Sequence record: NC_049825.1
Direction: 5' to 3' (one strand)
DNA from: Escherichia phage grams
DNA length: 49,530 nt
The translations under genes and the position numbers were made by a program. The notes under the pieces are model-generated. The model was not told where the DNA came from. It was given only the letters and a program-made list of their open reading frames with translations, and did not search any database. Shown in pieces: positions 1-7,915 of this stretch (position 1 is its first letter; each line of letters starts with the position of its first letter).

Positions 1-325
1 ATAGCGTCCAGCGGTCGCCAGCTTCATCAAAAACATAACCAGCAACAGCACCAAGCGCTCTTCCTTGCTCAATCTGGTAACGCTTTCCTTCTTTGAAATG
101 CTTTTTGCACGGGATTTTGTGATCTACAAATGTGCATTTAATTGTTTTTGTCTTGATATGACGATAGTCAGACTCAACAGCGTTTTGCCACTTACTACCC
201 TTTGCAATGCTCTTTACCTGGAATTGTTCCAACTCGATCACATCATAGCTACCAGCAATTTTTTCGTATACAGCTTTATAACGACCGTTCATCAAAACGT
301 TGGTTTTATTGCAGATAACTTTCAT
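1..325 (-). CDS. hypothetical protein, N-terminal part; gene runs off the left edge
   Basis: ATG at 325..323 preceded by RBS AGGAGAAATAAACG (minus strand); open frame to position 1 (108 codons, MKVICNKTNVLMNGRYKAVYEK...); frame is continuous with the C-terminal fragment at 49470..49530. Confidence 0.5.
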   Translation of the reverse strand, partial: MKVICNKTNVLMNGRYKAVYEKIAGSYDVIELEQFQVKSIAKGSKWQNAVESDYRHIKTKTIKCTFVDHKIPCKKHFKEGKRYQIEQGRALGAVAGYVFDEAGDRWTL

Positions 326-356
326 CGTTTATTTCTCCTTTCGTTTCGGTGAAGTG

Positions 357-402
357 ATTATGCCAGGCTTTTACACCTGGCTTTTAACAAAAAGTGCTAT
401 TT
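357..402 (-). promoter_or_regulatory. conserved 22-bp element plus -10 (CATAAT), leftward
   Basis: AAATAGCACTTTTTGTTAAAAG-N18-CATAAT on minus strand; spacer CCAGGTGTAAAAGCCTGG is a hairpin-forming dyad; stop codon of methyltransferase gene lies inside element. Confidence 0.55.
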
Positions 403-1107
403 TGCGTTAGATTCAAAGACTGCGCGAGCAAAACCGCGCGGGGTGAGGGAGCGGATCATCTTTGTGCGCGATGATTTTCCGCCAGTTTTGGCCCAGCCTG
501 GATTATCTTTGTCGTCCTCTTTCGGCAGTATTAAAGCGCGCGGAGGAATAACAAAGCCGTTGCCAGTCCAAAGACATGTTTTCTTAAAGTAGCGATCCCG
601 CGCCGGAATGATATCAGGGAAGTCGGGATGTTTATCATCTTCCGGTAAATATCCGGCGTAATCGCACGGATGGAACGTGTAATCAGGCTTACGCCATAAC
701 GTTGACAGCTTGCCTACAGGATTCTCTATCATGTAAGGAACACCGAAATAATCAGCGATATGCGCGGCTATTTTGCAAGTGTCGGCGGCCTCATTTTGGA
801 AGTTAGGATTTTCCATGCGCTTTTTAGCCCAATGGCGAGATCCGCTGTTTGCTAATTGTGTGCAAGGTGGGAAGGCCATAATGAAATCAGGTTTACCCCA
901 ATTTTCAAGTTTTGCGTTATATTTGAATAGATCATCAATCCACACATTAACGTAAAAAATATTATCATGGATTATGCGCACTGAGTGGTAATCTCCGTGA
1001 TCGGCATCATCGTAATTAAAGCAAATGCATTTATAACCAGCATCAGCCCAATCTTTAACAGCCTTACCAGATCCATCAAACAAAGAGAAAATTAAACCTT
1101 TATACAT
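397..1107 (-). CDS. DNA (cytosine-5)-methyltransferase
   Basis: 236 aa; motif I FSLFDGSGK, catalytic PC motif FPPCTQ, ENV motif MIENPVG in canonical order; RBS GAGGTGA upstream. Confidence 0.75.
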   Translation of the reverse strand: MYKGLIFSLFDGSGKAVKDWADAGYKCICFNYDDADHGDYHSVRIIHDNIFYVNVWIDDLFKYNAKLENWGKPDFIMAFPPCTQLANSGSRHWAKKRMENPNFQNEAADTCKIAAHIADYFGVPYMIENPVGKLSTLWRKPDYTFHPCDYAGYLPEDDKHPDFPDIIPARDRYFKKTCLWTGNGFVIPPRALILPKEDDKDNPGWAKTGGKSSRTKMIRSLTPRGFARAVFESNAK

Positions 1108-1116
1108 TTCATCACC

Positions 1117-1341
1117 TCAAAACGGAAAGCATCGCGCACAGTTAGGATCAAAATTGCAGCCGCAATCATTGACAATCATCGTTGGATCTGCAAATGCAGC
1201 GCCGCATTCATGATCCATATCCATATCACCCAGCGCATCATCAAGCGTCCTGATCTTATATGCAACTTCAAGCGCTGCCTCTTTATTTAATCCTGCATCT
1301 TCAGCCATTTGCAGGCGCTCAAAAAATCCGTCCTGACTCAT
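1117..1341 (-). CDS. hypothetical small Cys-rich protein (74 aa)
   Basis: ORF with C-terminal Cys cluster (HECG...NDCGCNFDPNCARC); start ATG overlaps stop of upstream small ORF (ATGA coupling). Confidence 0.5.
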   Translation of the reverse strand: MSQDGFFERLQMAEDAGLNKEAALEVAYKIRTLDDALGDMDMDHECGAAFADPTMIVNDCGCNFDPNCARCFPF

Positions 1342-1451
1342 TTCATAAGCTCCTTGATAACAACCAGAATAATAGCAAGACCAGCAGTGACAACCAAAAG
1401 ACCAATAAGGCCAATCATCACTCCAAATAAAATATCAAGAAATTTCATCAT
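1338..1451 (-). CDS. small hydrophobic membrane peptide (37 aa)
   Basis: MMKFLDILFGVMIGLIGLLVVTAGLAIILVVIKELMK; RBS AAAGGTGA 6 nt upstream; stop overlaps next start; below size cut-off of the ORF track. Confidence 0.4.
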   Translation of the reverse strand: MMKFLDILFGVMIGLIGLLVVTAGLAIILVVIKELMK

Positions 1452-1498
1452 TATTATCACCTTTATTTAAAGGGAGGCGAAAACCTCCCATTGATTAA

Positions 1499-1726
1499 TC
1501 AGACAGCCTTCCAGCTTTCAATAAACATGCTGTTTTCTTCCAGTAGTTTAATCAATTCTTCGCGTGTATATTTGCGGATTTTACTACCAGGATGCGAGCC
1601 AACAACAAACACACCTTTACCGCTTGTGATTGTTAACTGGTTGATTCCGCAAGATTTATCCATTTTCACGGCGACGCGGTGATGTGCATCAACAGTGTGC
1701 ATGATGTTAGTGATTTTAGCTTTCAT
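1499..1726 (-). CDS. hypothetical protein (75 aa)
   Basis: ORF with RBS GAGGA upstream on minus strand. Confidence 0.5.
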   Translation of the reverse strand: MKAKITNIMHTVDAHHRVAVKMDKSCGINQLTITSGKGVFVVGSHPGSKIRKYTREELIKLLEENSMFIESWKAV

Positions 1727-1900
1727 TATTCAATCCTCATTATATTTAGTGTGGTAACTATGCCAATTTTGCGAAATATTGTTTAACAATTCGTGATATC
1801 AGTTGAAATAGCTATGGCGCTTTGCTCGCTTGTCGTCTCCGCCATAATGATCATTAGAAACTGCAATCATCCAGGCATTATGGAATATTATTAGCTTCAT

Positions 1901-2194
1901 CTAATTAATGCCCACCACGTTAAAACTTACAGCTTTTGTTGCGCCAAATACATACGCCTCAACAGCGCCGCCAAATACGCGAATTTTTCCCTGTCCGTAC
2001 TGCGTATTCATATTGCGCCAAACGGTTCTATTAGAACAGAACGCGTTACCAGTCTTAATGAGATTATCCATCTCTTTTCTTAGATCATGATAATCAAGCC
2101 AGAATCTATAAGCGCGTTGTTTAATTCGCGCGCTTCCGGATGGCTGTTTTCGTGTTCCCAGGTAATCAGAGTAACCATTTTCAAATCCTCGCAT
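1901..2194 (-). CDS. hypothetical protein (97 aa)
   Basis: ORF immediately downstream of a motif promoter; short leader without clear SD, start uncertain. Confidence 0.4.
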   Translation of the reverse strand: MRGFENGYSDYLGTRKQPSGSARIKQRAYRFWLDYHDLRKEMDNLIKTGNAFCSNRTVWRNMNTQYGQGKIRVFGGAVEAYVFGATKAVSFNVVGIN

Positions 2195-2211
2195 TCGTTA
2201 TCGATGTGTGT

Positions 2212-2257
2212 AATATATCGGATCGCGAGGATTGAGTTTTAACAAAAAGTGCTATTT
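2212..2257 (-). promoter_or_regulatory. conserved 22-bp element plus -10 (TATATT), leftward
   Basis: AAATAGCACTTTTTGTTAAAAC-N18-TATATT on minus strand; 9-bp inverted repeat AATCCTCGC/GCGAGGATT flanks the -10. Confidence 0.55.
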
Positions 2258-2522
2258 AGTCCAGGAATTCGATTTCACGATCGCCAGTTAACGGATCTAC
2301 AAGCCAGAATCCGAGCGGTTCGCCGTAAACACCGCCATAGAATCCAAGCGCCGCCAGATCTTCACCTTTAACGAATGCCAGGTTTCCGCTACGGCTTACG
2401 TGCGACACGTTAACGATAACCGGAAAGGTGCGATCCTTAAACGCAGGCCGCAGGGCGTAACATCCGTTGTTGAGCAAACGGGCTTTGCGCTTAACTGGAA
2501 TAGGTGCATTGATTCGCGCCAT
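2256..2522 (-). CDS. hypothetical protein (89 aa)
   Basis: Internal ATG of track ORF 2256..2615 chosen because of RBS AAAGGGGAAATAAAG and to avoid overlap with upstream gene; stop TAA abuts conserved element. Confidence 0.5.
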   Translation of the reverse strand: MARINAPIPVKRKARLLNNGCYALRPAFKDRTFPVIVNVSHVSRSGNLAFVKGEDLAALGFYGGVYGEPLGFWLVDPLTGDREIEFLD

Positions 2523-2541
2523 CTTTATTTCCCCTTTGTTG

Positions 2542-2781
2542 TTAACCATGTTTAACAGCATCCAGAACATCACAGGATTCGTTAATAAACTTTGCCATGC
2601 GCTTATCATCACCAAAAGGAATTAGCGCGTTAAACTCGCGTTTGCTACTGAATACCGTCACTTTATGAAACGATGCGAACGGCATCGACGGGAACTCTAC
2701 TGTTTGCGTCAGGATCCGCAATCCCATCTTTTTGGCCCTTACCTGGGCCTCAGCGAGTTCAAAATCCACTTCATTAATCAT
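2542..2781 (-). CDS. hypothetical protein (79 aa)
   Basis: ORF; RBS GAGGAG; start overlaps stop of upstream gene (ATGA). Confidence 0.5.
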   Translation of the reverse strand: MINEVDFELAEAQVRAKKMGLRILTQTVEFPSMPFASFHKVTVFSSKREFNALIPFGDDKRMAKFINESCDVLDAVKHG

Positions 2782-3050
2782 TTCTTGATCTCCTCAGCAA
2801 TAAACTTCAGGACTTTGCGCAAAAACACTTCATTATTGATGGTCGCTGGCAATTCCTCTTTCACTTCTTGCGGCAGATAGATATTGCCGTGCCATGTCAA
2901 ACAATCGTAGTTGATACGATAAGAGCAAAGCCATTCGCAATCGTTATCCGCTTCCCAAATGCAGAGTTGCAGAACATCACCGAAATCCTCAACAGTCAGA
3001 TCCAGACCGTGACGCTTTGCAAAGTTGAAAGTGGTTTTGCTGATGTTCAT
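2778..3050 (-). CDS. hypothetical protein (90 aa), first gene of leftward operon
   Basis: ORF with RBS CAGGAGAAAGCAA; preceded by motif promoter at 3089..3134. Confidence 0.55.
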   Translation of the reverse strand: MNISKTTFNFAKRHGLDLTVEDFGDVLQLCIWEADNDCEWLCSYRINYDCLTWHGNIYLPQEVKEELPATINNEVFLRKVLKFIAEEIKK

Positions 3051-3088
3051 TTGCTTTCTCCTGATGGGTATCTCGTTTCGATGTGTGC

Positions 3089-3134
3089 ATTATGCCGAAT
3101 CCAGTCAGGCACGTTTTAACAAAAAGTGCTATTT
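3089..3134 (-). promoter_or_regulatory. conserved 22-bp element plus -10 (CATAAT), leftward
   Basis: Minus-strand reading AAATAGCACTTTTTGTTAAAAC-N18-CATAAT. Confidence 0.55.
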
Positions 3135-3786
3135 GCCTACTGGTCATTATTCCATCTATTCCATTAATCAGGAATAACAGGAATAACTCATTCGCGATCA
3201 CCTGGATTGTGAGACTTTGAGTTTGGTCAATTTTAATCAGTTGATTAACTTTTTGTGTGGAGGGGATAGAGAAACGCGGCCCTCTTGCGTCCTTTCCAGC
3301 AATCCTGGCGCGCGCATCTGTTATTTCTGTTCCCCGCGTTATCTCAATCAAGCCTCCGCACTTTGAGATAACGCAATCAGCGTTCATAAACAAAAAGAAC
3401 AAAATAAAATTTATATATATACACATAAAATCAATAAGTTAGTTATATATGTATTTATATTTGTTATTTACTGTTATGCTTGTTCTGTGGGTATATGGTA
3501 GTGTGGTATTGTTTTTGGTGATATGTATGTGTGGTTGTATACTTTTTAATCAATGGTAATGCGTGGTGATTTTTGTATGTATATATATGGGGTGGCGGCA
3601 ATCCTCCGTCAACCAGGTTAACAAGGTCATTTTTATCTGTTAAACCAATAACTTAACTTGTGCATTTTGTTATCTTTAAACGCGCCACACGCCAAAAGTC
3701 GTTATTAAAACACAAAATATATTGACATGTAGGAAAGGCAAGGCAATAATGCATCCAGTTTAAACGCAACAAAAGGAGTAGATGCC
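3135..3786. repeat. AT-rich non-coding region A (diverged paralogue of 32268..32692)
   Basis: No convincing ORF; shares AATCAATAAGTTAGT, GGTGATTTTT and TTTTGTTATCT blocks with region B. Confidence 0.6.
3722..3750 (+). promoter_or_regulatory. canonical sigma70 promoter (candidate early promoter)
   Basis: TTGACA-N17-AATAAT, about 36 bp upstream of ATG 3787. Confidence 0.6.
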
Positions 3787-4275
3787 ATGAGCGAAGAAAA
3801 TATTAGCACCATGTCGCGCAGTGAGTTCTGCGATATGCTTCGCACCCTGGGCGCGGCAATTGGTAGCGGTGAACGTAATAATGTATTCATGCCAGCACTT
3901 TTCTTGTGCGCTAACGTGGAGAACGGCGACGCAATTACAGCATCGTACATGCGCCAGGTTGTAAACCGCGTACCAGAAGTGAAGCAAAAAGGCGTGATCA
4001 GCATTAAGCGAAAGGTGACTGATGAGGGTGATGGCTTTGTGTTTACGCTCACAGAAGCCAAAAGCAAGCCACGCGTTCTGACTGGTGAAGAAATCGACGA
4101 GATCGCAGAAAAGCGCGCAGAGAAGGCGGTAAGCAAAATCCTTAATCACCTTGTAAGCGTAATGCCAAATATCACAGACCTGGAAGGCGATAAACTTGCT
4201 GGAGCGTGTGAGGCTATCGGGCGCTACCAGGATATGATTCGTAAACTCGCTGGAGGAAAAGAGGTAAAATTCTAA
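3787..4275 (+). CDS. hypothetical early protein (162 aa)
   Basis: ORF with RBS AAAGGAG; first gene downstream of sigma70 promoter. Confidence 0.6.
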   Translation: MSEENISTMSRSEFCDMLRTLGAAIGSGERNNVFMPALFLCANVENGDAITASYMRQVVNRVPEVKQKGVISIKRKVTDEGDGFVFTLTEAKSKPRVLTGEEIDEIAEKRAEKAVSKILNHLVSVMPNITDLEGDKLAGACEAIGRYQDMIRKLAGGKEVKF

Positions 4276-4319
4276 ATAGCACTTTTTGTCAAAAGTCAAA
4301 AACGATAACCAGGCATAAT
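4274..4319 (+). promoter_or_regulatory. conserved 22-bp element plus -10 (CATAAT)
   Basis: AAATAGCACTTTTTGTCAAAAG-N18-CATAAT; overlaps stop codon TAA of upstream gene. Confidence 0.55.
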
Positions 4320-4374
4320 AAATCACATAGGGCGGCACGGCGTCGCCCACTAAAACCAATCAGGAGAAAGCACC

Positions 4375-5265
4375 ATGTTAAAACTTACTGACATTAAATT
4401 CCCGATCACCTTCGAATCTCGCGGCGTTGGTCATTTCATGTTTACCGACGAGAAGACATGCACTAAGTTTAACGAATACGGAAGTCCAAACGCTTCAACA
4501 ATGGAGATTGAACACTTCATTGAAGCGCACAATAAACACTACAACTCACTCAGAGACTACGGCTATGCAATGCCAGGATATACCAGCTTACACTACAAGC
4601 CATATAAAGGCCAGGTGCTGCCAGTGCGCTCACCGGAACGCGCAGATATTCCGATGGTAGAAATGAAAACGTGCGACTATAAAAAATTGTGGTGCTTAAG
4701 TGTGGACAATATCAAGTATCCGATCGTATTCCGAACGACTGGTAAATCGACGATTCGCTACACATCTCGCGACAATGGCGTTTATAGCTATGGTACGAAA
4801 TCAGAGTTGAAAGTTGATTTCTTTGTCAACGGTCACAACAAATTCAATCCGCACAACGAAGAGGATAAAGTGTATTACGTGGAAGACATTACAAAACACT
4901 TGTTTGGAGAAACTCCATTCGGCGGCGGAAAGACGTCAATTCAAAAAATCATTGGCGAGGAGATCCACAAAGCGGCTGCCGAAATGAAAGCGCCTGGAGG
5001 CTGGCGTATTGACAAGAGCGCCTTTGCCTATCAAGAAATCGTAACGCAGGGCGCGATTGAAGATATGCCAGTTGCAGCCACGCTAAAAGGAGTCCAGCTT
5101 GATGACGGCACTTGGTATGAATTAACGGCCACACCAAAGACGATCGAAATTCATGATGATGTTGTTATCCTTCTGCTTCACTACGGCGGCACTAAAAACC
5201 GGACTGTTGCAGGTGAGATCAGCATCAAGCGCGGAGCGATGGTTAAGTGGAAGGTCAAAGTGTAA
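4375..5265 (+). CDS. hypothetical protein (296 aa)
   Basis: ORF with RBS CAGGAGAAAG. Confidence 0.65.
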   Translation: MLKLTDIKFPITFESRGVGHFMFTDEKTCTKFNEYGSPNASTMEIEHFIEAHNKHYNSLRDYGYAMPGYTSLHYKPYKGQVLPVRSPERADIPMVEMKTCDYKKLWCLSVDNIKYPIVFRTTGKSTIRYTSRDNGVYSYGTKSELKVDFFVNGHNKFNPHNEEDKVYYVEDITKHLFGETPFGGGKTSIQKIIGEEIHKAAAEMKAPGGWRIDKSAFAYQEIVTQGAIEDMPVAATLKGVQLDDGTWYELTATPKTIEIHDDVVILLLHYGGTKNRTVAGEISIKRGAMVKWKVKV

Positions 5266-5308
5266 ATAGCACGAATTGTTAAAACTCAAATGTGGGGCCA
5301 GGTATAAT
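5264..5308 (+). promoter_or_regulatory. conserved 22-bp element (GAATTG variant) plus -10 (TATAAT)
   Basis: AAATAGCACGAATTGTTAAAAC-N17-TATAAT; -10 flanked by near-dyad GTGGGGCC/GGCCTCAC. Confidence 0.55.
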
Positions 5309-5338
5309 GGCCTCACTTTCAACGAAGGGGATAAAACG

Positions 5339-5569
5339 ATGTACATTAACAAGAAGATGAAATGCGTTTCCGTTAACTATGGTTGTGCTGGAATGTTCAA
5401 GCCTGGCGAAATCTATATGGCGCAAAAGTTGAAATCGTCAACCGGATCTTTTTACGTCAGAAACAGCAAAGGGCATCGCATGTTCCTGAACGGTGGCGAA
5501 GGCACTAAGGTTATGGCGCACGCTATGGTGATTGCTGAATTTGAGGAGGTGAAGGATGGAGACAAATAA
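5339..5569 (+). CDS. hypothetical protein (76 aa)
   Basis: Internal ATG of track ORF chosen for RBS AAGGGGATAAAACG and position downstream of promoter. Confidence 0.5.
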   Translation: MYINKKMKCVSVNYGCAGMFKPGEIYMAQKLKSSTGSFYVRNSKGHRMFLNGGEGTKVMAHAMVIAEFEEVKDGDK

Positions 5570-5777
5570 GCGCGTTAAACACAAGTTTATTGATAATCAT
5601 GGCGATGCACTTGAGGTATATAAGTTTGGCGATCGCGTGTTTATTGATGGCACGTTTGAAGGTGGGCGCAGGCCGGATTTTAGGTCTATACTCACCATTG
5701 ACAAGGTGCGCAAGCTGGCGGATAAGTTAAATGATCTGGCAGATGAAATCGAATACAAGCAAATCCATTTTAATTGA
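5556..5777 (+). CDS. hypothetical protein (73 aa)
   Basis: ORF with RBS GAGGAGGTGAAGG. Confidence 0.5.
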   Translation: METNKRVKHKFIDNHGDALEVYKFGDRVFIDGTFEGGRRPDFRSILTIDKVRKLADKLNDLADEIEYKQIHFN

Positions 5778-5788
5778 TAGGTTTGATA

Positions 5789-6331
5789 ATGAAAAAATAC
5801 GAATTTGAACTTTGGGGAAGCAAATACCATTTTTCCACGAGCAAGCCGATTGTTATCGTTGACCTGGACGGAACGTTATCAGACGGAACGCATCGATTGC
5901 ACCTGCTTCCGACAGAAGATTTGCACCTTACAGAAAGCTGGTCTGAGTTCAATAAGGCGGCTGTTGGCGATTCGCCGATTAAGAGCACGGTTGCAGTGGT
6001 TAACGGTTTGTGGATGTCAGGATTTGCCATCGTTATCATGACCGGACGTAGCGATGAAGTGATGGAGGACACCTGCAAATGGATTAACGAAAACGGCATC
6101 AAGTACGATGCGTTAATCATGCGCCGCAGGGAAGACAACCGCAAAGACACAATCATCAAAGAAGAAGTCTTGCGCGCTATCGGCCTAGAAAACATCGTGT
6201 GCGCTTTTGATGATTCGCCGAACGTGGTTAAGCACTTCCGCAGCCTGGGAATCACAACCTATCAGGTCACGGAATACGACAAGCCACATAATCATATCCA
6301 ATCGCATGGCGTGGAGGAGTTGCGCAAATGA
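5789..6331 (+). CDS. HAD-superfamily phosphatase (polynucleotide 3'-phosphatase / nucleotidase-like)
   Basis: DxDGT motif IVIVDLDGTL, IVIMTGRSDE, KDTIIKEEVL, CAFDDSPNVV blocks recalled as resembling the phosphatase domain of T4 polynucleotide kinase; ATG at 5789 in frame with track ORF 5774. Confidence 0.55.
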   Translation: MKKYEFELWGSKYHFSTSKPIVIVDLDGTLSDGTHRLHLLPTEDLHLTESWSEFNKAAVGDSPIKSTVAVVNGLWMSGFAIVIMTGRSDEVMEDTCKWINENGIKYDALIMRRREDNRKDTIIKEEVLRAIGLENIVCAFDDSPNVVKHFRSLGITTYQVTEYDKPHNHIQSHGVEELRK

Positions 6332-6543
6332 TTGTGACGCACGATGTAGAGCCAGGCGCGAGCACTGCGCAGGACATGGTTTCCGGAATGACGCCAAAAT
6401 CGCACAGAATGGTACGCGTGCGCGGTTATAGCTTCAATGTCTCCCAAACACTCAAGGAGATCTTGGCCTTGCCAGAAGTAGATACAGCTCTTGTGGGTGT
6501 GCATACAAACGAATATGTTTCTTTCCACATTGTGACGAAATAG
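6328..6543 (+). CDS. hypothetical protein (71 aa)
   Basis: ORF; ATGA overlap with upstream gene. Confidence 0.5.
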   Translation: MIVTHDVEPGASTAQDMVSGMTPKSHRMVRVRGYSFNVSQTLKEILALPEVDTALVGVHTNEYVSFHIVTK

Positions 6544-6583
6544 CACTTTTTGTTAAAATAGCTTAACGGGCTTGCTGTATAGT
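6538..6583 (+). promoter_or_regulatory. conserved 22-bp element plus -10 (TATAGT)
   Basis: AAATAGCACTTTTTGTTAAAAT-N18-TATAGT; stop TAG of upstream gene inside element. Confidence 0.55.
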
Positions 6584-6614
6584 AAGCCCATCTACAACAA
6601 ACGAGGATTAAATC

Positions 6615-6878
6615 ATGGCTAATAAAGTTGAGTTTTTCAAAGCGGTGGACGTTATTGATGGTGCGCCTAGCTTCTTTGCTATCCATTCTATTGACGGCGA
6701 GGATATTGGGTACAATGTTATCCGTCGAGATGGAATCTCAAAACTTAGCGATCTTGTGAGTGTTATTGTGGCAAACGGAAAATGTGTGTTGCAAGATTCG
6801 CCACGAGAGCCGCGCCGCCGCGACATGGTAGAGCCTGTTCTGCTTTACACTCTGGTAATTGAAGGAGTAAACAAATGA
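6615..6878 (+). CDS. hypothetical protein (87 aa)
   Basis: ORF with RBS GAGGA. Confidence 0.5.
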   Translation: MANKVEFFKAVDVIDGAPSFFAIHSIDGEDIGYNVIRRDGISKLSDLVSVIVANGKCVLQDSPREPRRRDMVEPVLLYTLVIEGVNK

Positions 6879-7060
6879 TTTGGTTACTTGTATTTTTAGT
6901 GGTTTTCTTTTATATTTCAGGCTTATTCATCTTTCGCGCGCTGGTGAAAACATGCGATTGCACGGATAAAGATCAGCCTCTTGTTCTGATGTTCTGGTTT
7001 GTGTGGTTTTGGGTGGCGCTTTACCAGATTGTACGGGATGAAAACGGCTTTAAGTGGTGA
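6875..7060 (+). CDS. small membrane protein (61 aa)
   Basis: Hydrophobic N-terminal and C-terminal segments (IWLLVFLVVFFYISGLFIF, LVLMFWFVWFWVAL); ATGA overlap. Confidence 0.5.
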   Translation: MIWLLVFLVVFFYISGLFIFRALVKTCDCTDKDQPLVLMFWFVWFWVALYQIVRDENGFKW

Positions 7061-7115
7061 TTCTTGCTATAGCGCATTCATGCAGTGCGCTATGTTGAGA
7101 TAACAACAGGAGATC

Positions 7116-7244
7116 ATGAAGATGCGAAACTTCGAAAAAATCGTAACCAAGAAGAAGCGCTACAGCTATGATGAGCACCGCGAGATGAATCAACGCTATC
7201 GCAAGAAGCTACAGCGCCCAGGTAAACATTCAAGCCGATATTGA
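7116..7244 (+). CDS. small basic protein (42 aa)
   Basis: MKMRNFEKIVTKKKRYSYDEHREMNQRYRKKLQRPGKHSSRY; RBS AGGAG; below ORF-track cut-off. Confidence 0.35.
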   Translation: MKMRNFEKIVTKKKRYSYDEHREMNQRYRKKLQRPGKHSSRY

Positions 7245-7254
7245 GACAACTAAT

Positions 7255-7845
7255 ATGAAACGCGACATTATCATCCTTAACGGACCGCCAGGAGTTGGCA
7301 AGGATACGCTTGCGGCATACTTAACGGGCCATCGTTACGCAGCCGTTAAAGCGTCGTTTAAACAGCCTATGTTTGATATTGCGTTTTCCATGCTTGGCGT
7401 TTACCGATATGACGAGTTCATTGATCTGTATAACGACCGCGAGCAGAAAGAAAAGCCTCAAGCAATCTTGCAAGGCAAGTCGCCTCGCCAGTTCATGATC
7501 TGGATTAGCGAAGAAGTTATGAAGCCAGCTTTTGGTGAGCAATATTTCGGAAATCGCATGGTTGAGCAAGTACACGAGATGTACAGAGATTTAGCTGTTG
7601 TAATTAGTGATGGCGGATTCCCTGAAGAAATCAAGTCGCTAGTTAAGGCAGGCCATGAAGTGCATATTTGCCGACTGCATCGCGAAGGCTTCACGTTTGA
7701 TGGCGATTCACGAAACTATATTGACCTGAGCGGATACCATCACCGAGTAAAACATTACGACTTCACGATGATTGATGGCGATCCAGAAAAGACTGTTGAC
7801 GAGATCATCAAAACTGTCCAGTGGCAACACATCAAGATCAAATAG
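7255..7845 (+). CDS. deoxynucleoside monophosphate kinase-like P-loop kinase
   Basis: Walker A LNGPPGVGKDT; blocks YAAVKASFKQPMFDIAFSMLGV and VISDGGFPEEIKSLVKAGHEVHICRL recalled as similar to T4 gp1 dNMP kinase. Confidence 0.55.
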   Translation: MKRDIIILNGPPGVGKDTLAAYLTGHRYAAVKASFKQPMFDIAFSMLGVYRYDEFIDLYNDREQKEKPQAILQGKSPRQFMIWISEEVMKPAFGEQYFGNRMVEQVHEMYRDLAVVISDGGFPEEIKSLVKAGHEVHICRLHREGFTFDGDSRNYIDLSGYHHRVKHYDFTMIDGDPEKTVDEIIKTVQWQHIKIK

Positions 7846-7885
7846 CACGAATTGCTAAAAGCGGGGCGCAATGCCTCGCTATAAT
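7840..7885 (+). promoter_or_regulatory. conserved 22-bp element (GAATTG variant) plus -10 (TATAAT)
   Basis: AAATAGCACGAATTGCTAAAAG-N18-TATAAT; stop TAG inside element. Confidence 0.55.
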
Positions 7886-7915
7886 GCAAACACCAATCAA
7901 CGAGAGGAAATCATC

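Noticed and set aside
65-352. Plus-strand ORF 65..352
   Set aside because: Lies antisense to a minus-strand gene that has a clear RBS and start at 325; low-complexity product, so treated as a shadow ORF.
2989-3442. Track ORFs 2989..3426 (minus) and 3257..3442 (plus) inside AT-rich region A
   Set aside because: Low-complexity translations, no ribosome-binding sites, and they overlap promoter and repeat sequence; more likely chance frames in AT-rich non-coding DNA.
3760-6255. Minus-strand ORFs 3760..4359 and 5770..6255 within the rightward early block
   Set aside because: Antisense to plus-strand genes that have RBSs and promoter context; no supporting signals on the minus strand.
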